Notes under the pieces: model-generated | Databases searched by the model: none | What the model was told of the DNA's origin: nothing | The model's input: the letters and a program-made list of their open reading frames with translations, nothing else | Part shown: positions 38,620 through 51,964 of the stretch, piece after piece | Position numbering within the stretch: position 1 is the stretch's first letter | How the letters are laid out: the number at the start of each line of letters is the position of its first letter | Position numbers and translations under genes: made by a program | NCBI RefSeq assembly: GCF_018350175.1 | Contig: NC_058368.1 | Location: forward strand, 232,998,001-233,062,000 | Direction: 5' to 3' | Origin: Felis catus | Lineage: Eukaryota | Length of the DNA: 64,000 nt

Positions 38620-39142
38620 GAGCTAGCCTGTGCAGGATCACACACAATTTGAAGCAGAGAAGAGCCACCTGGCCAAGGCCACATTAGACCATCAGACCCG
38701 CGCCGACCCAGCAGCTGACCGCAGCCGCATGAGCGTGCCCTGGAAAGATCAGAAGATCCCTTCAAAGAAGCCCAGCCAAAATTACTCATCCACACCATCA
38801 GAAGTTAAATAAACTCGGGGCGCCTGGGTGGCGCAGTCGGTTAAGCGTCCGACTTCAGCCAGGTCACGATCTCGCGGTCCGTGAGTTCGAGCCCCGCGTC
38901 GGGCTCTGGGCTGATGGCTCAGAGCCTGGAGCCTGTTTCTGATTCTGTGTCTCCCTCTCTCTCTGCCCCTCGCCCGTTCATGCTCTGTCTCTCTCTGTCC
39001 CAAAAATGAATAAACGTTGAAAAAAAAAATTAAAAAAATAAAAAATAAAAAAAATAAAAAAAAAAGAAGTTAAATAAACTCTTCTTTGAGGCCACTACAT
39101 TTTGGGTTGGCTTATTATGCAGAAAAAGATATCAGATATACC
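38620..39142 (+). mobile_element. Old MLT1-type LTR 3' part, interrupted by a SINE
   Basis: With the SINE removed: AAATAAACTCTTCTTTGAGGCCACTACATTTTGGGTTGGCTTATTATGCAG resembles the MLT1 3' end; 5' limit uncertain. Confidence 0.6.
38817..39064 (+). mobile_element. Can-SINE, very young SINEC_Fc-type with long tail
   Basis: CpGs intact, A-rich tail ~60 nt; TSD AGAAGTTAAATAAACTC at 38800-38816 and 39065-39081. Confidence 0.97.
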
Positions 39143-40664
39143 AGCATTCTTTCCAATTCTCATCGAGAAAGGGGATCGGAATTCATCCTCATTGAAGACG
39201 GACAGCTCTAAGTCCACACATAATCATGCATCACCCTAGGCTAAGTTAACGATAGCACTCTTTCAACCATCTTCTCTGCGAACATGTAGGCCATGACCTT
39301 GATTGGATCGATCTTGCACAGAAACCCATGCTGTGTCACTGTGTTGATGACAGCATGCTGGCCAGGGGGAAACACAGGCTGCCCTGTGTGCCCTGTCGAG
39401 TCCCACGACAAAAAGTGGGAGGTGAACACTAGAAGGCACGGGGCCCGACACAAGGGGATGCCTTTAGGGCCCGTTATAGCTGGTACTTTAGGAAATCCTT
39501 TCCAACTGAAAGAGCTAGTTATTGCAGCTTGCATCCACTCAAACCAAGAAGTGACATGGCCTCCTTCGGGAGTCCTTTAGAGGCAAAGCGTGCCGCATCC
39601 TCATAAACTCTCCTCTTCCAGAGTTTGCAGCCAGTTAGGGCTCCAAAGACTCAGCGCCAAAATGACTCGATGGTGGCGGTAAACAAATCCAAATCGTGCA
39701 AGTGGTGACCCGCAGAGGTCCCCTGGGCACTCAGGATCACTGTTCCAGAACCTACCTTTGGCTTCAACCAGCGCCAGAGTAGGCGGCTGAAAGCAAATTC
39801 CCACCAGCTTGTGCTCACAGCCTCTCATCTCAAGAGTGCACCCCACACGTCTCCCCTTCCGCTCTGGGTCTTTCTCTGACGTCACGTCGTCTGGTTGGTC
39901 CACCTGCCAATGCGGTTGGGAAGGTCAGAGACTGCCCTTGGGGCCCGAGGAAAATCATCTCAGCCTGCCATCCTTCAGACAGGCAATTATGAAGGAGTCT
40001 CTGCTTTTCAGGAGATTCCAGTAGAAGTGAATTCCTAAGCAGCTGTAAAAAAGAAGATTAACCTATTCTCAGAAAGTCCAGTCTTTTTGGATTTTGCTTG
40101 CCGTGCATGTTTTTTATAGGAATTTTATATAACACACAGGGAAAGGGATCACTCGTAACACCAGAGAAATCATACATTTTGCAACCCTGCTCATCCATCA
40201 AGCCTTCGCTGAGCACCAACGGGCACAAGAAGCTCATCTTGGCCCAGGAGATGTAACGACACACAAAACAAACAGATGCCTTATTTTCAGCTGGCAAAGT
40301 GGCATATGAAATGTTTTAGAAATTGAGCTTTGGGCTCAAGCCCTTAACTCAGAGAAAGTCTTTTCACTGATGACAGGTACATTAGTTAGGGGAAGGAGTG
40401 GCCATTCAGACTCTGCAGCTTTCCAGTTCCAACGCAAAATAAAAAATCGGCTCCAAAGGAATATGTTCCTGTGATGCGAGAAGCACACAACCTTCAAGCT
40501 TCCTCCTTAAACCCTTCAAGCGCAAGTAAGTGGGAAAAATAGCATATTTACCCTTGCTGTCAATTTTTGTTTGACATAATCTTGTGCTTGTTCATTTGGA
40601 TTTACCAAAAAGGGGTGGCGTGGGGGAGAAATCCTGAACGCAGAAGAATGTAATGGCTTTTTAA

Positions 40665-40890
40665 TTAAAAAAAAAATTACATGCTTACTTATTTTTGAGT
40701 GAGAGAGAGAGAGAGAGACAGGGTGGCAGCACGAGAGGGGCAGAGAGAGAGGGAGACACAGAATCCGAAGCAGGCTCCAGGCTCCGAGCCGTCAGCACAG
40801 AGCCCGGCGCGGGGCTCGAACTCACGGACTGGGAGATCAGGACCTGAGCCAAAGACGGAAGCTTAACCAACCCAGCCACCCAGGCGTCCC
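40665..40890 (-). mobile_element. Can-SINE
   Basis: Ends GCCACCCAGGCGTCCC; TGGCTTTTT on both flanks. Confidence 0.95.
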
Positions 40891-41039
40891 TGTGGCTTTT
40901 TCATTTTAAACACTACTTTGGTTCTGAAAAAAAATGTAACCACACACAATAGTAACCATGCACGACCTCACCTCCGTGTGTTTAACAACCAACACAACAA
41001 TGGCGACAAGGGTCATGTTCGCTTTATCTCCTCTTGCTT

Positions 41040-43320
41040 CCACCTCAAGGATGGATTTCTAGAAATGGAATTCTTAGGTAATATTTAGCATGCTCAGCAA
41101 TGGGGATCGGTTGCCGAATTGCTCCCAAACTCGTTTTCGCCTACTGATCCTTCCTCAAGTAATATGCAAGCTTTCTTCTTCTTTTTTTTTCTGTATGTCC
41201 TTGCTAAAAGTTATAATATCAGATCTTTTCACTTTGCCAGTAGGATGCTCATGGATTTTGTGGTATTTTTTTCTGATTTCTGGTGAGGATGAGGATCTTT
41301 TTCATGTTAAGGGAACACTTTTACTTAACTTTTACAAGTAAATTGTTTACACAGTGGGCCCCTTTTTCCACTGTTAAAAGTCTTTATATGTTCTTGATCA
41401 CAACTCTCTCTACACTATTAGTTACGTTCTTAGTATCTTCTCCTCGTCTGTGATTTTCTCTTTAATCCTGTCTGTGGTTTTTGTTTTTACAGAGATGCTG
41501 GATTTAATTTTAAGAATCTTGTTATCAAATTTTACCTTTAAGATACCTATCTTAAATTTTATGTCATAATTTAAGATACACTTCCTTTGAGGCAATGAAG
41601 ATAGTTTTTTAGATTTTCTAGTAGAAGTTACACTTATTTTCACATTTATGACTTTGATATATCTGGAGTTAATGTTGAGAATAGGATGAGGTAGGTATGC
41701 ATCCAATTTAATTTCTTCTATGTTTGTACTACGTCCTATGGGCAGAGTGGATTCAACTTAGTGCTATCTCTGAAGTATTTCTTCATTTACCCGCAGATTC
41801 AAGATGCAATCTCTCTCATATACCAGATTTCCATCATAGATAGAATATTTCTAAGCTTTTTTTCTCTAATTATATAGCTTTATAACATCACTGGATATCT
41901 AGAAGGACAACCAAGATTCCCATATTATTTTATATAATTCTATTGGATACATTTTCCCATCTAATGAATTTTAGAAAGAGTATGTTACATGGAAAATTCT
42001 TTTAAGATTTAATTGGTTTTCACTTAATTTGTATATTCATATGGAGGTGATTAATAATATTGAAATACTAAACCTCCTCACCCACGAAAATGGTATATGT
42101 CTATGTTAATTTTTTTCAATACTTCTAAAACTTTATAAAATTGTATAACTTTTATTCGTAAAGATCTTACACATGTTTATATTTTCCTTCCTACCAAAGA
42201 TTTGGTAACTACTCTGAATGAATTTATTTGTTAAATTATTTTTAATTTGGTAATTTCAGTTTACTAGGAATGCTATTTGTTTTTCTATATTAATCATACA
42301 GCCAAAATTCACTGCTTAAATTCTTATTTACCCTAATAGTCTGTTTATATTGAAAATTGTTCTATGTTTACCAAATATGTTTCCTGTAATTAACCAATAT
42401 ACTTACATCTCTTTCAGGCTAAGAACTCTAGGCACATTGTTCATACAGAAATGTTCTGATTTTAAATTTAATGGGAACCGTCTTAATGGTTTAATGTTAT
42501 GAGCATTATGTATTTCAGTTTTGGTGGCCATATTGTTACAATTTAAGAAGTTGTTTACTATTTCTAGTTTGTCAAGAAGCTTGTCAATCTTAAATGGTTG
42601 CTGAATCTTATTTATCCACATATTTTCAGATGATCCTATTAGTTCTCTCATTTAATTAACTAAATGTAAAAAAAATAAATAACATTAAACTTTTAAAATG
42701 TTAAAACATTCTGCAGTTCCTGGAAAGAGCTCTAACTAAGCATGATGTTTAACTTTACTTGCAGTTCTAGATTTAATTTACTAATATTGTATAAAGAATT
42801 TTTGTTTGTGTATTTATACATGAAAGTGGCCCACATTTTTTCATTTTATTCTTGATATCAAGATTATAATCATACCTCATAAAATGAGTTTTCTAACTTC
42901 CCTTATTTTTTCTCTATATTGTTTGCATAAGGATTATATATTCTCTGAATTATATAAACTTCCATGAAACATTTTTTTTTAATTGCCAGTAGGCAAAGGC
43001 TTTCATTAAGATGGGTATGGAATTTTATGATGTTAATTCTTCATCTAGCAAGATATCCACATTTTTCCTTTAATCTATTATTACTAATTATATTTTATGT
43101 TTTTCAATTTTTAATCCAAACTCGAATTCTTGACATACACTTAATTTGGCTTTATACTTTTTCTTGTTAACTTGCTGACCTCAGTTTGCTAATGTATTTT
43201 AAGGAATTTTATATGTAGATACATAAAGAAGTTGACCTGTAATTTTATTTCCAGCAGTCTTTTGTGGTTTAGTATCAGTATTTTAAAAGCTTTCTTTTTG
43301 TATTTTCTGCATGATAGAAT
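41040..43320 (-). mobile_element. Ancient LINE-1 (L1M/L1ME-like) ORF2 remnant
   Basis: T-rich antisense L1 text: TTTCTAGAAATGGAATT, TTGATATATCTGGAGTTAAT, TCTTAAATGGTTGCTGAATCTTA, ACCTCATAAAATGAGTT; minus-strand bits such as KIQQPFKIDKLLDKLEIVNNFLN. Confidence 0.75.
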
Positions 43321-43871
43321 AGAGGCTTTCAATTCCTTATTTGTAATATACCACTGATGGTGGCCCTGGGACCCTTATTTGGTGGAGTACCTTGCAGATT
43401 TAAGTAGCACACACTTGGCTGACACTGGTCAAGAACAGCTGTTCCTGTGAGGTATCCGTACTCTACAGTGGATACCATTTCTTGGGCATGCAGAGGAGTT
43501 CCAGGCCCTTTTAGGGAGTCAACTTCCAGACCCTCCACTCCCATGGGCTGTGTTCTAAACTTGATATACCTGAGTAGCCCGGGGTTTGCTGTTTCTTCTG
43601 TCTTTCCTCCACTTTCATAATGATGCTTCCCCCACCCTACAGAGGAAGGCAAAGCTCTCACTCATCCCATCCCCCTCTGGTGCATGGCTTTGAGATGTGC
43701 AAACCTCCAGGCACCAACTTCAGATGTGATCTAGAATTTCCACTTCTAAGGAAGAATCCCAGGAGAGCAAAGAGGAGAAGTTTCAGTAAGAAAGATTGAA
43801 GTGTCAAACCTTATCTGGCTAGGCAAAAAAAGGAAAAAAAAAGTCACAGTAAGGCTCTGTGTCTCTGTCTT

Positions 43872-43945
43872 CTATTTATCCATCCATCCATCCATCCATC
43901 CATCTATCACCTTTCTACCTACCACCATTTATCATCTACCTATCT
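43872..43945 (+). repeat. (TCCA)n/(TCTA)-like short microsatellite
   Basis: ATCC repeated about 6 times with degenerate flanks. Confidence 0.8.
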
Positions 43946-44508
43946 GCAAAATAGAATTCAGAGGTGATGAAGCTATTGTGTGTCGTATATATCATGTTTA
44001 TTGGAAATAAAACATGAATGAGGTTATTTTCTGAAAAGATATAAATCTGATTTGGCAAACATGAGGACTTCTTGTCAACCTGTCTGCACATTTTCCTCTA
44101 AGGAATGGGGTGAACTGGTGCTTCCAACAGTTTGGTGAAAATAGATTTAATCTTAATACACAGTACATAATACAAGAAATACACATTTTTTTTGCAAATA
44201 TTTAAAAGTATTTAACAAATTTTAGATGTTTACATAAAAATTCTTGAGTGGACAATTATTTTTTAAAGTCAGTTAAAGGACAATGACAATACAAATGAAA
44301 CTATTGAAAAACTCTGGTCTAAGAGATAATCCTATTTCTTTAACAAGGACAGCAGCCATACAGTATGTTATATACAATTTTCTGTATGTTAAAATAAGAC
44401 ATATGTGCACTTAACTTTGTTCACCTAGTGTCTGTCCTTGTCAACTCCCAAATGATGAAACTTAATGCCAACTATAAATCAGAATTTTTCTAATTCAGAG
44501 AGACCAAC

Positions 44509-44704
44509 TGTATAAGAGTTCTCTGGAAAAGAAACAGAACCAGTAAGAGAGAGAAAAAGAGGGAGAGATAGAGAGAAATTGCTTCACACAGTCTGCCAGC
44601 TTAAAGGTTAATCTCATCTAAAACACGCTCTCACAGAAATTCCTGCAATAACGTTCAACCGAATATCAAGATTCCTCATGGCTCAGCCAAATTAACACGT
44701 CACA
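44509..44704 (-). mobile_element. Internally deleted MLT2 (ERVL) LTR
   Basis: TGTATAAGAGTTCTCTGGAAAAGAAACAGAACCA...GTTAATCTCATCTAAAACACGCTCTCACAGAAA...TCACA match both ends of MLT2 as recalled. Confidence 0.75.
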
Positions 44705-44711
44705 CTGGCTA

Positions 44712-45043
44712 TAGTTGACTCTTGGACAACGTGAAGTTGAACTGCACTGGTCCACTTATATGCAGTTTTTCCCCCCAGTAAACACAGTAGAGCACTGTAA
44801 ATGTATTTTCTCTTCCTTGTGATTTTCTCAGTAACATTTTCTTCTTTCTCATTTATTCTATTGTAAGAATACAGCATATGATACATGTAACCCTCAAAAT
44901 ATGTTAATCGACTTGATGTTATCGTGAAGGCTCCAGTCAACAGTAGGCTATTAGTTAAGTTTTGAGGGAGTGAAAAATTATACACGGGTTTTTGACTGGG
45001 CAGGGGTGGGTGTACCTAACCCGCTGTTGGCAAGGGCCAAGGA
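44712..45043 (+). mobile_element. Tigger2a-like TcMar MITE
   Basis: TA then TIR-like TAGTTGACTCTTGGACAAC; body GTAAATGTATTTTCTCTTCCTT, GTCAACAGTAGGCTATTAG; degenerate right TIR TGTTGGCAAGGGCCAA. Confidence 0.85.
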
Positions 45044-45084
45044 TGTTTTACACACTGACACTTCTTTACCATGCATTAGGAAAG

Positions 45085-45280
45085 GCTTGGGTAAACAGGA
45101 AGAGACCTGCAGCCTGATTTCAGTTCTCTTATTTATAAACCAGTGACTTTATATAATTACTGAAGGTTTCTGAGCCTTGATTTCTTCTTCTATAACAGGA
45201 GTAAAATATTTGTCTGTTTTTATCCCATAAGGATGCTGTGTAGAGTGGATTGTCAATCCAAAATTGCTTTGTAAATTCTA
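45085..45280 (+). mobile_element. MIR fragment
   Basis: TTTCTGAGCCTTGATTTCTTCTTCTATAACAGGAG...CATAAGGATGCTGTG core. Confidence 0.55.
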
Positions 45281-47247
45281 TTAAAAAAATCATGATAGGT
45301 TATTTATTCAGGATATATGCTAATGAATTCACTGTCTGCATGTTACTACCATGTAGAAAAAATCTTTTTATTTTTCAGACCATAAAACATTCCTTGTTGC
45401 CAGCCAGTCAACTGATCTCCATTTTTGCATATTGTTGGTAGTTTTTTTTTTTTTTTTTTGGTGTTTTCTCTCTTTCTTTTTCAAGATGGGGAGTATTTAT
45501 GTCATCAGGAACTAATTTTCCCTCAATGAGTACAGAACGATGTTTTTCTTCTCCCACAATTAAAAATAGAGTGGGTAACATGTTCTATGTAATCTTTGTT
45601 TTCTTGTTTGTGCCTTATGTTATTTATGTGAATCTCAACAAAATCGTTGCTTTGTGAGCTCATTCATTCTGTGTGGCTTTAATGAGCGCAGTGGTAATGT
45701 CACAGCCGACACATCAGGCACTGCTCTGAACAGTGGGGGTAAAGGTGGAAAATAATTAGTATCTATTTTCAGTCTCGAGGTCCATCGGTGTCAATAGGAA
45801 AAGAGGCGAGCAGAGAGAGTCATCAGGAAAGGACTTTGCCCAGCAGGATGCAGATTTAACTAATTTCCCCCAAGCTAATCTGAAAAGGGTGGAAAACGGA
45901 CTCAAGAATAGAAGAACATGCTTATTTTAACCGCTAAGCTTATTTTCTCAGAAGTTTTGTTTTAACCCTTTAGGCAACAAACCTAGCTTATTTTAATGGA
46001 GACAATGTACAAACTCAAAGTCCCCCCAAAAGGTATGCAATCATGTACTCACATGTAATGAGTTCATTTAGTCACCTAATCAGATATTAAGTGTTGATGT
46101 TAACAGACTAAATTACAATAAAGCAGAGAAGGAAGACTTTTGAGTTAACCTTGTTGCAGTGATAACATCAGCTTCCTCCCTCTTGCTTTGCCAAGAAGCC
46201 CCAGATGCGACTTTTGGCAAGTGCATTTTTTTCACGAGCCATTGTTTTGACTCCTTAAAGAAACCATACTTTCAATTAGAGCCACAGACCGGTCGTTAGA
46301 TTGGAATTCCTGGGTACGTTTCAAATATCCCTAAGCGATCAGGAGAAATATAAATGGTGCTGATTCCAAAGAAGAGAAAAAATAATTTAAATGGCCTATG
46401 AGCTTTGCATAAAGATTTGCAGTTGTTATTTCAGATTCTTCTGAGCAACCGCCCCGTGAATAGGTCACAACTCAAGTCAGTATTAAAATGAAGGGAGAAA
46501 ATGGTTTGTCATGAGGTCTCACGGGTGAAGGTCCTGTGATATCCACAACCTCCTCAACATCTTTCGTCTCAATTCCTGACCCTCAGGAAAAGAAACCCTC
46601 ACCACGGTGCCTGCTTGTGTGTAGATCTCTTTGTGAAGAAGACATTGGCTCAGGATGTCCACTAAGTGACGTCGAAGTGTGCAGGACACTAGCCTCTACT
46701 GGGGAAGCTGATGGTATAATGCATCTGCAACAAACGGAAGGAGACCATGTTGATTCCTCTCGCAACCTTGCTGGGTCATGCTTTCCTGGACCACCTCTGC
46801 ATGCATTAGTGTGGATGACTCCGCCCGGGTACAGCCCAGCCCGCGCAGGGCCTAGCACAGATGTGTGATTGCCTTTTAGTGTTCGCTGATCTAACAAGCA
46901 TCATTTACTTGATGAATCCTTATCTGTGAAATTATACATTGTTGGCACAACATAACTGTGTGGCATTACGGATGTAAACAGTTGATAGTTTGTACACTTA
47001 ATCCCTGAAAACAAGTTTCTGCCTGTCCGTAGATTTAGAATCCAACTACAGACCGCGATACTGACATTCAATGTAATGTGCCCTATGGGGAGTGAATACC
47101 CTCTCTGAGAAGTTTTCTCTCCCTGGACCCCAGGGATGCATTTATCCTTCACCTAGAACATCACTTGGCAGACTCTGTTTATAGTGGTTGTAATGGGTTG
47201 TCTTTTGGGGACATTAGGGGGTAAGATTACAGACTCTCAAATCAAAG

Positions 47248-47550
47248 TGTTACGGAAACTGGTCTGGATCACCCGGCAGGAGAACCAAGCGGCACTCGGA
47301 GATCTTGGAAGGAAGGAGGTTTATTTTACACTGGTGGGCCCGGAGGAGATCATTCTCCAGAGATCTGGGCCCAGAGCATCAACAGATGGGACAATTTATA
47401 GTCTGTTACTTCCACACCCCTCATCAGTAGTAACTCGGTGCCTGTGGCAAGCAGGGTAGGGAGGAAATCCCGGAAGGGTAGTCTTTCGACTAGGACTGGC
47501 ATTCCCTTATCAGTCCTGTTGACCATCTTATTACAGATTTTTCCCTAACA
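47248..47550 (-). mobile_element. Complete solo LTR, ERV1-class-like, 303 bp
   Basis: TGTTA...TAACA termini; 4-bp TSD AAAG at 47244-47247 and 47551-47554; minus-strand TATAAA at 47400-47395 and AATAAA at 47325-47320. Confidence 0.85.
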
Positions 47551-50542
47551 AAAGAGACCTTCTTAACTTTCAGACATTAATTCTTTGACCACTGATAAGC
47601 CACTTGGATCTTTCGAGTATTAGTGTCCTCAACTGTAAAGCGGTGACAATACTAACTACCTGTAAGTTTGTCTTGTGGCTCAAAAGGAAAAATGGAATTA
47701 GAATTTTAGCCTGAAAACAGATCCATATGTGACATTCAAACAGTAACTACCGTTAAGATTCGTTAATTATTCCTTTATTAATTACCCCATTAATTTTAAT
47801 GCTCTACATACGTAATATATTTTTTTTTTTTTGCTTCCCACTAATTTTCATCCCCGTGGGGATGATATCACCCAGGTTGGCATAATCAGCCTTTTTCTGA
47901 GACAGAGCAACCTTGACTGATCTGTGTCTGGAAGGAGAACTGGGCCACCAGTAAGTACACAGATCTCTATGCAAGTAGTTCCTTAAAATCTTAGGGACAA
48001 GTTGCCCGCCCCCAGGTTCCACAGAAGGGGGAGATGTCCATAGCAAACACCTTGCATGGCCCACCTATTGTGCCTGAGAAGAATGGTGCCTTATAATTAG
48101 ATAACTTTCCAAAAATGTCAAATGACTAAACGCAGCATGGAGGGAGTAATGGCAGTGTGGCATGTAGATTTAGGTTGAGTGGGGCCAGGAGAGTAAAATT
48201 TGCTGAGGGGGCTTTTGGAGTAACATATATGTGAGAGAATAAAGATCTAACCAGCAAGAGTGGTGTCAACAGAATGGAGGAAAAGAGAGAATTATCACAA
48301 TTGCATAAATTGGCTGGAGAGGGGCCAAAAGATGATTCAGTGGTTGGATCCTGTATCTGGAGACCTGAGAAGAGTGTGTGTCATTTACATACTGTTCTGT
48401 ACAGAAGTTGTCTGTGTGGCTTGTCATGCATTTTCTGCCCAGATTTGCACATACGCAATCATGGGGAGCTTAGTTGGGTTGTGCTCCATATCTGACCTTG
48501 GGATCGGAATTGGCCCTTCTGTCCTTGATGTCAAGAGGGGTTAACGTGCCTCACCTCCTTAAGCCAGACCAGGCCCCCTGGAATGGATCAGAGGGGGAAG
48601 AAGAATTTATAGACACCAAGGTTCCTATGATTGTGAGAGACGATAAGAAACACAGAGAAAAACCAGCTCGCTCTGGACTGCACTTAGGCAAACTTAATGA
48701 CTAACCATAGATCAAACAAGGGTAGTGTATATATTGCCCTGGTGGGAACAGCTGGTTGGAAGTAGCTGAGGGGAGGACGCTCCCCCAGGACCCTCAATAG
48801 GGACTCCTCCTGGCTTATTTACCACAGGACTTCCCCTGCCGGAAGGTTGGATGTTGTGAGCACCCGATTTGACATATTAAGCCTTCTTTGTTCTTCTCTA
48901 TACTTCCCTCTCTCTTTGTGTTTACTATAATTGTTTAATTCCTTATATTCCCTTTCCCTTATGATAAATAAAGTGTTCTTCCAGGAAATCAAAGATACAG
49001 CTCTCATAAATTACTTTAATTATTATTATTATTTAGAACACATACTTAGGAATGTCAGAAAGAATATCTGGCTTAAGAAAGAGGTTGATAAATTTTAGCT
49101 GCCGTCTATTGATAGATTTATTTATTTGCACTTAGCCACTTTATTTATTTAGAGCATTTTTGTATGTTTGTCTCATATAGATTTATTTTTCACTCATACG
49201 TATTTAAATAAATACATTAAAGTATATTTTAACCAATGAGGCTTAAAAGACTAGCAGTAGTATTAGCTATTTACCAAAACTAATTTATTCTATAAAAATA
49301 ACTATTCAATTGCCATTTGAAATGTAACATTTTAGCTTATATTTCATAATAGAGGTGAGTGTAGTTCTTTTTGTAGAATCATTCTAATGACTAACGCTAG
49401 TTAGGTTGGTAACCATCGCCCTGATATTGGAGCTCTTAATAAGCAAGGTATCTCTAAAAAAATCTTTTGCCTTTAGTGAGAATTTCTCTGGGTACAAACT
49501 GGCAGGATTGTTGTAAACAGTGTATTTCTGAGCACAGGACGTTTTCTTCCACATCCGGATAATAATCTCAGAGACCCCAGTAGAGTGAAGAAATCTCTGT
49601 CCCCACACTGTGCATTCAATGAAAATTACGTCCTGTGAGACTCAGCTACAGAGCTTAGAAAGAGAAATTCCGAAGCAAAAGAGGAGTATCGTGGACACAG
49701 TAGACACATATGAAGTTCAAGTCTAGAAATGGATCTTTATTCCCACAGAGCTTTACAATGTGTACCCTGGACTTATTCTGTTATCTTCAAGAACCTGAAT
49801 AACAGGTACATGGCAAAGCTATTGTTGATCTCATTACACAGGGTTTCTTTGCTATAATCATATTTTTTTTCCTCACTGTGTATCTATCCTGTTGCATTTA
49901 TTCACATGAAAATTTGGATTCAATTTAATGGAGGTGTTTCTACAGGGAGACAAGCTCCTTAGGGGAGGTTGTAACGATGCAAAGGTGGCTACTAACAGGG
50001 TCAGAGCTGAAAACCCCCGACACACGCTGTAGAGAATAAACTAGACAAATAACGTGAACACACCTTAGTTCAGCAAACACATCTGCTAGGGATTTATTCA
50101 TGAATCATACGGACTCAGAATCCATTATGATGTCACAAATCTGCATGCGCTCTTTGGGTTCCCAATTTCCAAACTAACCGAAGGATGTTGGCATGAGAAT
50201 TGATTGTATTAATATTCAAGATAGCTTTTGTGTTACACACATCAGCCGGCGCAAACCAGATGTTGTAGGTTTTCTCACACAATGGAGTTCCAATGCAGTC
50301 ATTCTAGCAGGAGGGATATTCAGACATTAGGGACAAAGAACTTAATCGGAACTCAAGGGACCAAAGACACTATGGCTCCTCCTGTTTCTTAGCCCCCAGC
50401 TTTCTCTGGGAACCCAGACTTGCCCAGCCTCCAAGCTTTGTGAAGGAATTGTTATGTGCAGGATAATTGGACACACAACTATGTCTTAGAATGATTTGGA
50501 GAATATAAAAATATATCCCGAGGAGACATCACCATATCTTTG

Positions 50543-50547
<5 letters not shown>

Positions 50548-50588
<41 letters not shown>
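50548..50588 (+). repeat. (AT)20 microsatellite
   Basis: Read directly. Confidence 0.97.
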
Positions 50589-50592
<4 letters not shown>

Positions 50593-51148
50593 CTATTCAG
50601 TAGAAGCCTCATATAAAATTTACAAATATTTTTCCTCTGTTTCTCTATGTATTTTCTCATTTTTCTCTGTTTCTCTACGTATTTTCTCATTGAAGCTCCC
50701 ACATTTGAAAGTGATACGACATTCAATGATAGCATCAATGACAATGACTATTGCTACTAGAAAGAGTACCATGATAGAATCGTAGACTACAAAATACTTA
50801 GTATTCTCTTCTGGAGTTACCATTGCAATTATGCCTGTACGGTGCAAATTAAATAGCTAAATTTTAGTTCAATCCAATTCAGTTTCGTTTGGGGGGAGGA
50901 ACACACGTTTTATATTTAAGATGAGCGTGCCTAACACAGAGCTTTGCACGTAGCAAGAGAAGAGTCAAGATGGAATACATTTGAAGCCTTCTAGCAAGTT
51001 GAATAATGGTTTAGATGAAAGCATAAGACAGTATCCTTGCCTTCAAGGAGTGTATAGCCTTAAAGTGGAGTGCAGCCAGTCCTGGCCCCTGGAGGGGTCT
51101 CACTCATCAGGATGACATTCGTGTCCCACATCCTGCAGTCCCGTGGAA

Positions 51149-51343
51149 CAGACACTGGTAAACTTGACCCGTGGGCCAGATCCTGCTCAAGGCCTATCAT
51201 TTTGCAGTGTGTGAGCTAAGAACGATATTTACATTTTAAAGGGTTCTTAAAACACATAGATACATGCAACAGAGATCTAGGTGGCCCACAAAACTGATAA
51301 TATTTACTCTTACCCTCTATAGAAAAAGCTCCCCGAGTTTTGA
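51149..51343. mobile_element. hAT-Charlie MITE (MER58-like)
   Basis: CCCGTGGGCCAGATCC, GTGAGCTAAGAACGATATTTACATTTTAAAGGGTT, AATATTTACTCTTACCCTCTATAGAAAAAG. Confidence 0.75.
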
Positions 51344-51879
51344 CTTAAAGGATTAGGGTTTCCTGCTTTGTCACTTACTCTGAGCCCCCTTCCCACAGGG
51401 TGCGTGCCAGTTAAGTTTTCCTCTTCGTGAAGACTCTTAAGCAAAACCAAGAATCCTAACATTTGTCAGTTAAAGGAAAGGATGAATGTTGGTTGGAATA
51501 TTTCTTTCACAAAAGAAAGGCATATTTACGTTGTCAGGTAGGGAAACACTAATAGCAGAACTTGACTGTTTTAAATGGAGTAAACCTCCAAATTCTGGTG
51601 GGTTAACAATAGAAGTGTACTCCTCTCTCGTACAGCTCCGTCCAAGAAATCACTTATACTTGAAGGTATAACAAGTGTGTTATTTCCGGCAGCGAGGGCT
51701 TCTGCATGCCATGGGGGACTTCGGGGGTGTCCCGGGATGTGGGTGTTAGAAAGACCTTACAGAATTTGGGCTTTGGTTGGTGATTTGGGACAGTTTAAGG
51801 AAGCGGGGCTCTCTGTTGCCCTCTGTTGGGTGCAATCCAAACGTAAAGATAACCCGATGAGTGGCATCTTCATATCGCT

Positions 51880-51960
51880 CAGCGCAGCTCTCTCTTTCCC
51901 TCTCTCTCTCTGTCTCAAAAATTAAAAAAAAAAAAAACCACTTAAAAATTTTTAAAGATT
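51880..51960 (+). mobile_element. Can-SINE 3' fragment (CT tract plus A tail)
   Basis: CTCTCTCTCTGTCTCAAAAATTAAAAAAA without a head. Confidence 0.65.
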
Positions 51961-51964
51961 TTTT

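Noticed and set aside
43370..43790. Possible ancient ERVL LTR remnants (also ~24700-24900, 36600-36770, 48570-48830, 51670-51870, 53050-53350)
   Set aside because: LTR-like in character but too degenerate for me to set family or boundaries without a Dfam search.
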